A DNA stretch of 64,000 nucleotides, from NCBI GenBank assembly GCA_000708835.1, contig DF236968.1, forward strand, positions 62,001 through 126,000. The letters are read 5' to 3'. Shown here in pieces: positions 59,099 to 64,000 of the stretch. The position numbers and the translations under genes are program-made. This stretch comes from Klebsormidium nitens. Lineage: Eukaryota > Plantae > Klebsormidiophyceae. Position 1 is the stretch's first letter. Every line of letters begins with the position of its first letter. The notes beneath the pieces were generated by a model. That model saw nothing but the letters and a program-made list of their open reading frames with translations, had not been told where the DNA came from and did not search any database.

Positions 59099-59839
59099 TG
59101 GGAGACGGGTGCACAAAGGAATACGCCCGAGAAGCCAATCGCCTTTCAAGCTCCTCTCCACACCACCACAACATAAACCCTGGCAGCTGCAGCAATGTGG
59201 TCTCCTTTTCTGAGCCTGGAGCGCCTCGAATTCCTGAGTTCGAGAGCTGTAGTTGAACTTGAACTTGAAGTCGGTTGGCGGGAGCTGTCCAGAGCTAGTA
59301 GCAGCCTGACGAACAGTAGGCTCGTTCCGGGCTGCGGTGGCACTTTACGGTGTACTGATTGGTCAAAAGAGCAGACGCTTTCGGACGCTGGGGAAGATCG
59401 GTACACGCAGTGGTTCCGGCCACCGGGCCACCCACGGGGGCTTCTGGGCCCTAGTGCTCGCGTTGTTGCCGGGCCCGGTAACTCGGGTCCGGTACCCCCG
59501 TGGCTGGGCTTTTGGCTTTTGCGGACAGCTCGAGCTGTACATATGGTCAGTGTCGCGATCGGACGAGGCCGGGCCCGGCTCGGTCGAAGTGTCCGAAACC
59601 ACGTGGACATTTGATGAGACCATGCAGTTGCACTGGGGAACTCGAGACTCAGAGTTCAGCAAGCTTTCAAAGAGCTCATGAAACGACACGCACAGCTTGT
59701 CGCTTGGCATTGACAACATCTCATGCCATCGTCCTTGAAAATCTGAGAAACTTGTTCTTAGAGAGTGCAGAGGGGAGCAGCAGAGGACTACAGAAACGGA
59801 ATAGCGGTTGACGGAATTAGTATTTGACAAGTCACACAG

Positions 59840-60662
59840 ATGCCCGGTTTTAAGGAAAAAGCTGTTGCCCGGGAGGGTCCTTCGGGAGGGGAGGTGCAAA
59901 TCATTCCGGGGTTTGATCCAACCGTGGACGCCGATGCGCCGGCAGACCGGCTCACTATTGCAGAGTTTGCAGAATGGAAGAGAAAAAAGGTTAGCCGTGA
60001 ACTCTACACCATGTTATATTGGTACTTCAAGTTTCTTTTTACTTCCTAAAGTGAAATCTGGTGGTGTGCTGATGCCATGAAGAAAGTGAAGTCACAAAGG
60101 CAAATTCAGAGTTCTTGCGTGCGTGCAATTTCAGAAAAGCTCCGTCTCTCTCTAGGTCTCAATCCCCAAGTAGGCAACATGTTTCTGCAGGATATGCTGC
60201 AACATAAGAACAAGTACATATTCAGAAACTTGTTACCGTCAGAGTTGGTTTCCATTGCTGAGATCGCTTACCCTGACATTGTGCACCACTTCCTTCCACC
60301 AATTTCTTCCATCACCATTTGTAGATTATTTTAAGCAGCATTGTCAACCATCTCCTTCTTGCGATTGCTGCACCTAGGAGTACAAGCATGTCTGAGTGAG
60401 AGATCAGAGTACATCAATCTGCGGGTTTGGCTGGCCTGTATAACTCAATCTTCCTTCGATTAAAGAGCAAACGACTAAAGAGCAAATGCACTCTCTGAAT
60501 CCATTCTTTCAGGACGAGGAGATAGCAGCAACAGCCCACGCTGCGGCAGAGAAGCGAAAACAGGATATAGCGGCAGGGCTTGTGCGAATGACAGGGAAAG
60601 AGCTCTATGCACACGAACCTTGGGTCTTTGATGAAGAATATATCCAAGCGAACGCAAGGTAG
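59840..60662 (+). CDS. Small DFRP_C-type protein (DRG family regulatory protein C-terminal-like), 99 aa
   Basis: Exons 59840-59989 (IIPGFDPTVDAD...LTIAEFAEWKRKK) and 60513-60662 (RKQDIAAGLVRMTGKELYAHEPWVFD). The LTxxxFxxWKxKK and GKELY..P.VF motifs are typical of DFRP1/ZC3H15 C-termini. Confidence 0.8.
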
Positions 60663-61810
60663 CACATGTTTCCTACCTTGTACCATAATAGTCCTGCTTT
60701 TCTCTCATTCACCAGTCGGCAGGCCCTCCATGCCAGCTTTGGTATTACAGTCGTTCAATCGGTTCAGCCTTCCATTGTAACTTGATTCTTGGCAGCAACT
60801 GAAATTTGAAAATTCAGCGGGGTGCGCGTGCTGCCTAACCTGATGTTAGAGTCAGAGCTTGCACAGAGCAAGAGTGACGGCTGTTCTGACAATCTTCCAA
60901 TCGCAGACGGATTCGAATGATATCGACTTTCCTTAAATTAGATAGGGAAGGACAGGGATTGTTAGTCTTAGTCTGGTTGCCGCACGTTTGGCATCATCAT
61001 TGATAAACACGATTCTTGGTATGCAATAAGCTGTGTCTAATTGTACCGTATGCATGGCATTATTTGACTAAAGCAAAAGTACGCTTGTGCGCTGGCACCA
61101 CAGTGATGGTCAGATTCATACATACACCGTAGTCGAGCTCTGGATCAGAATTATCGTGCGCCAGGGGCCACATACGTATACATGAGCTGAATGTTCTGTG
61201 TGAGCCTGGATAACATATATCTGATTGCTTGAATGAAGCTTGGCCGCATGTGCGTAACATTCTGACAGTTGTGTGTAATTTTGCGGCCTTGGCATGGCAT
61301 CTACATCTCGTGCAGTTAGCCCAGCCTGCCAATGATTGGCAGGCAAGGGCGTCAACAAGAGCACCACTAACCTCAGCTCGAAGTATTTATGCAACCAGAT
61401 GGTCAAGTCTTTGGCAGACCACGGGCATGTGTTTATTGGCATCCCTGCTTCATCATCTTGATTCATATTATGGTACATATAACCTGCACGCTTAAACGGC
61501 TCCCTAACTAGTCAAGTCTATCCTCGCCATCAACAGTGCTTTTTACGATAGATTACTTCACTCCCTCGGAAGCTTCCCTGCGATTGCCAGAGCCCCCAAG
61601 CCTTCTCTAACCGCTTGCTTTTGTGATGCAGACTTCCATCCTGACATCTCAAGTCCAGCTTTCATCTCGTTTCGCTTTCTCTCCTAGCGGAGATGCCACG
61701 TGAGCCGTCCAACCCCGTTTGAACAAACTTCCAATCCCCAGCAACTCTTGGTCGTCCCCCCCATCCTGAAATGTCGATAGTCTTTCCTCAAAATCCGTCC
61801 CGGCTCTTCG

Positions 61811-63803
61811 CTACCTTCCGTTCTGGGGGGCCGCAACCCCCTCCGGCAACAGCCTTCGTCCTTGCCCCCTGCCACCCCCCCGGGCTCCTTTCCTGATTCC
61901 GTTCGGGGGGGCCGCTTCTTGCCGCACAGGCTGGTAGGATTGCGCGGGGTTCGGGGGCGGCAACCGGACTTGTTCCTGCAGAGGAGTGAGCGAGGTGTTC
62001 GAAAGGTCGGAGAAGATGGATGAGGACCCGTGTCACTCAAGTAGACTGAGAAGGACCCTAAGCTTCGCACCTGAATGCCCTTTCGTCTTCTGAAGACGGC
62101 TTGGATTGGTGCGATCAAGAACTCTCTCTACCACTGAGAGACAGAGTTATCAGGAACCAACAAAAGATTTCAATGATTACCAACTGAAAAATTCGGTTTC
62201 GACTCCCGTTGACAGTCGTACTGGTCCTGAACCACCAAGAAGTAATCTCTTCTTTGCCTGCCCTGCTGGCCACAACCGTTGGACCAACCCCTGCTAACGT
62301 TACTCGCCAGTCTGACGCCCACGCCTCACCAAAAGTGAGACAGACGTCGGCAAAGCTCGGTGACGTCACCCTACCTGCTGTGACGGGCCGGCAATGACGA
62401 ACAACCTCTCCAGGCGCGGCAACGCCGTACGTTATTGGGCAGTGAGCGTCACACGAACAGCAGAAAGAGGACGCCGAAAACACCCGGCAAAACGGCTGTT
62501 GTCATCATACCTGCCACTGACATGCCCCAAAACTCCGATCTCATACAACGTGCATGAGAAAGACGGGCCGCTCTCTCGTGCAGCACCTCTGTGCATACTT
62601 TGAGCAAAGAACGTCTCACGGAAAAGCAGTCTCATGGAAACGCACGAGCGGACGCCGAAACCAGAAGATGCTCCGCAAATCCGCTGACGTCACCGTTACT
62701 ACCCCTACCTGATGTGGCGCGCGAGGAGATGACGCTCCGCTCTTCAAATGCGGCACCACTGTGCATGTTCGGGGTACTGAGCGTCTCATTGAAACGCACC
62801 AGCCGACGCAAACACACAAGATGCCCGACATATTCGCTGACGTCACAAACACGACCCTACCTGTTGCGGCGCGCGAGGAGATGGCGCTCCGCTCTCCAGA
62901 TGCGGCACCGCTGTGCCGTTGGCGCGGTCTCCCGCGGAAGGCCCTGCCGGCGGCGCGGCCGCCAACTCCTGGGGCTCGTCCGCCTCTGCGGCGCCGTCGG
63001 ACGGCCGGTTTACGAGGCCCATCAGCTCCAGGATCGCGTCGTGATCCAGCATCTTGTACGGGGTGCTGCGGAAGTGGAGTGGGGGAAGTTTGAGCAGAGG
63101 GCGAGAAGAGAAGGTACAGCTCTTTGCGTCAAACCTGCCATCGGGTTTGAAACGCTCCGAGCATAGTTCCTGATCTTCGACCGTTCGATCAACGACAACG
63201 AATCCATCGGACGGCTCGATATCAGGGACCATGCTCGGAGAAAGTGGAACTCGACGTCAAGTTTGACGCGAACACCTGTAACTCGAACCCTCGGTCGCAA
63301 AGAAAGCGACATTGGCGATTTGGTGGCGTAAACTTTTCAGGGCCGGAAAGTTCTTATGGACGACCACGTGATCTCCTTAAGCTGAAGGTGTCGGGACGCC
63401 GTCAATCGAGGGAGCCCTAAAGTTGAAACTATGATTCTTAAACCTCAGATGATGGGTCGACGTGCGCTCATTTGTCGAAGTCAAAATACACAATCACCCT
63501 ACGCTTCCTCACCGTACGCTTCCTAACCCTCATCCCAACCCAAACCCGAAATCCAACGGACGCTCACTCGTTGAAGTCGAAGTGCACCAGCTGCATGAGC
63601 AGATCGGAAAGATTCTGAAACACTATTACTATAAAGCTTCCTAACCCTCATCCAAACCCTACCCTAACACTAACACTAACCCTAACCCTACTCTAAACCT
63701 AACCTTCGAAATACGGGTCAAGATTCGCTCACTCGTTGAAATCGAAGTGCACCAGCTGCATGTCCTCCGAGATCTCAACCTCCACCGTCGCCTGCGGCTT
63801 CGT
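61811..63803 (-). CDS. DP: DP transcription factor (E2F dimerization partner), 3' exons only; the gene continues beyond the window
   Basis: Exons 63803-63733 (TKPQATVEVEISEDMQLVHFDFN) and 63065-62861 (DTPYKMLDHDAILELM...); the terminal exon 61975-61811 is probable. The first segment is nearly identical to the plant DP C-terminal motif TRPHATVEVEISEDMQLVHFDFNSTP. Confidence 0.87.
62360..62915 (-). repeat. Four tandem 150-170 bp units of DP exon-end + donor site
   Basis: Exon-end equivalents at 62861 (real), 62709, about 62547 and 62375. Real exon cacagcggtgccgcatctggagagcggagcgccatctcctcgcgcgccgcaacag|gtaggg matches cacagtggtgccgcatttgaagagcggagcgtcatctcctcgcgcgccacatcag|gtaggg. Confidence 0.85.
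63461..63765 (-). repeat. Tandem copies of DP exon-end + donor, interleaved with CCCTAA-like hexamers
   Basis: catgcagctggtgcacttcgatttcaacga|gtgagcg (real, ends 63733) matches catgcagctggtgcacttcgacttcaacga|gtgagcg (63568-63597). A decayed third copy lies at about 63465-63490, and a cctaac/ctaaca hexamer run at 63655-63705. Confidence 0.85.
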
Positions 63804-64000
63804 CTGCGGAAAGGGACGAATGACGTCAGGGTGACGTCAGCCGGGCCTGAAGCACGAGCGAGAATCGTACAGAGCCCTCCAAAGACTGGGCTTCGCAAAG
63901 GGAAGGCCGTCCAAGGCGAATCATAAGGGTTGAGCGGTGAATTTTTCGAAACGGTTACTCAAGGTACCTCTTCTATTTCTTGGCTACAGTTGCATACAGA

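Overview
Eukaryotic, intron-rich genomic DNA with GT..(Y)AG introns and gene models most similar to green-plant orthologues. The style is consistent with a streptophyte alga such as Klebsormidium (inference, not verified). By hand-splicing I reconstruct about 15 protein-coding loci: the 3' part of a kinesin, an EEF1AKMT4/METTL13-N-type methyltransferase, a possible DUF1640-like ORF, PCID2/Thp1, a GH85 ENGase, an F-box+Sec7 (FBXO8-like) gene, MO25/CAB39, a dehydrin/LEA-like His/Gly/Thr-rich protein, ZGPAT, a small FAPxFDG-motif protein, an intronless SUMO, SMIM20-like and DFRP_C microproteins, and the 3' part of a DP (E2F partner) gene. A roughly 4-kb PIF/Harbinger element (DDE transposase plus Myb/trihelix ORF) with recognisable terminal inverted repeats lies at about 38.76-42.75 kb. 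The most striking unexplained structure is repeated tandem duplication (150-185 bp units) of exon-intron junctions: decaying copies of acceptor+exon-start lie upstream of, and copies of exon-end+donor lie downstream of, functional exons in at least 3 and probably 5 genes. These occur together with strong enrichment of the palindrome TGACGTCA. Most short ORFs in the supplied track are off-frame or antisense shadows of these genes. No tRNA, rRNA or CRISPR array was found. All exon coordinates were read by eye and may be off by a few bases.
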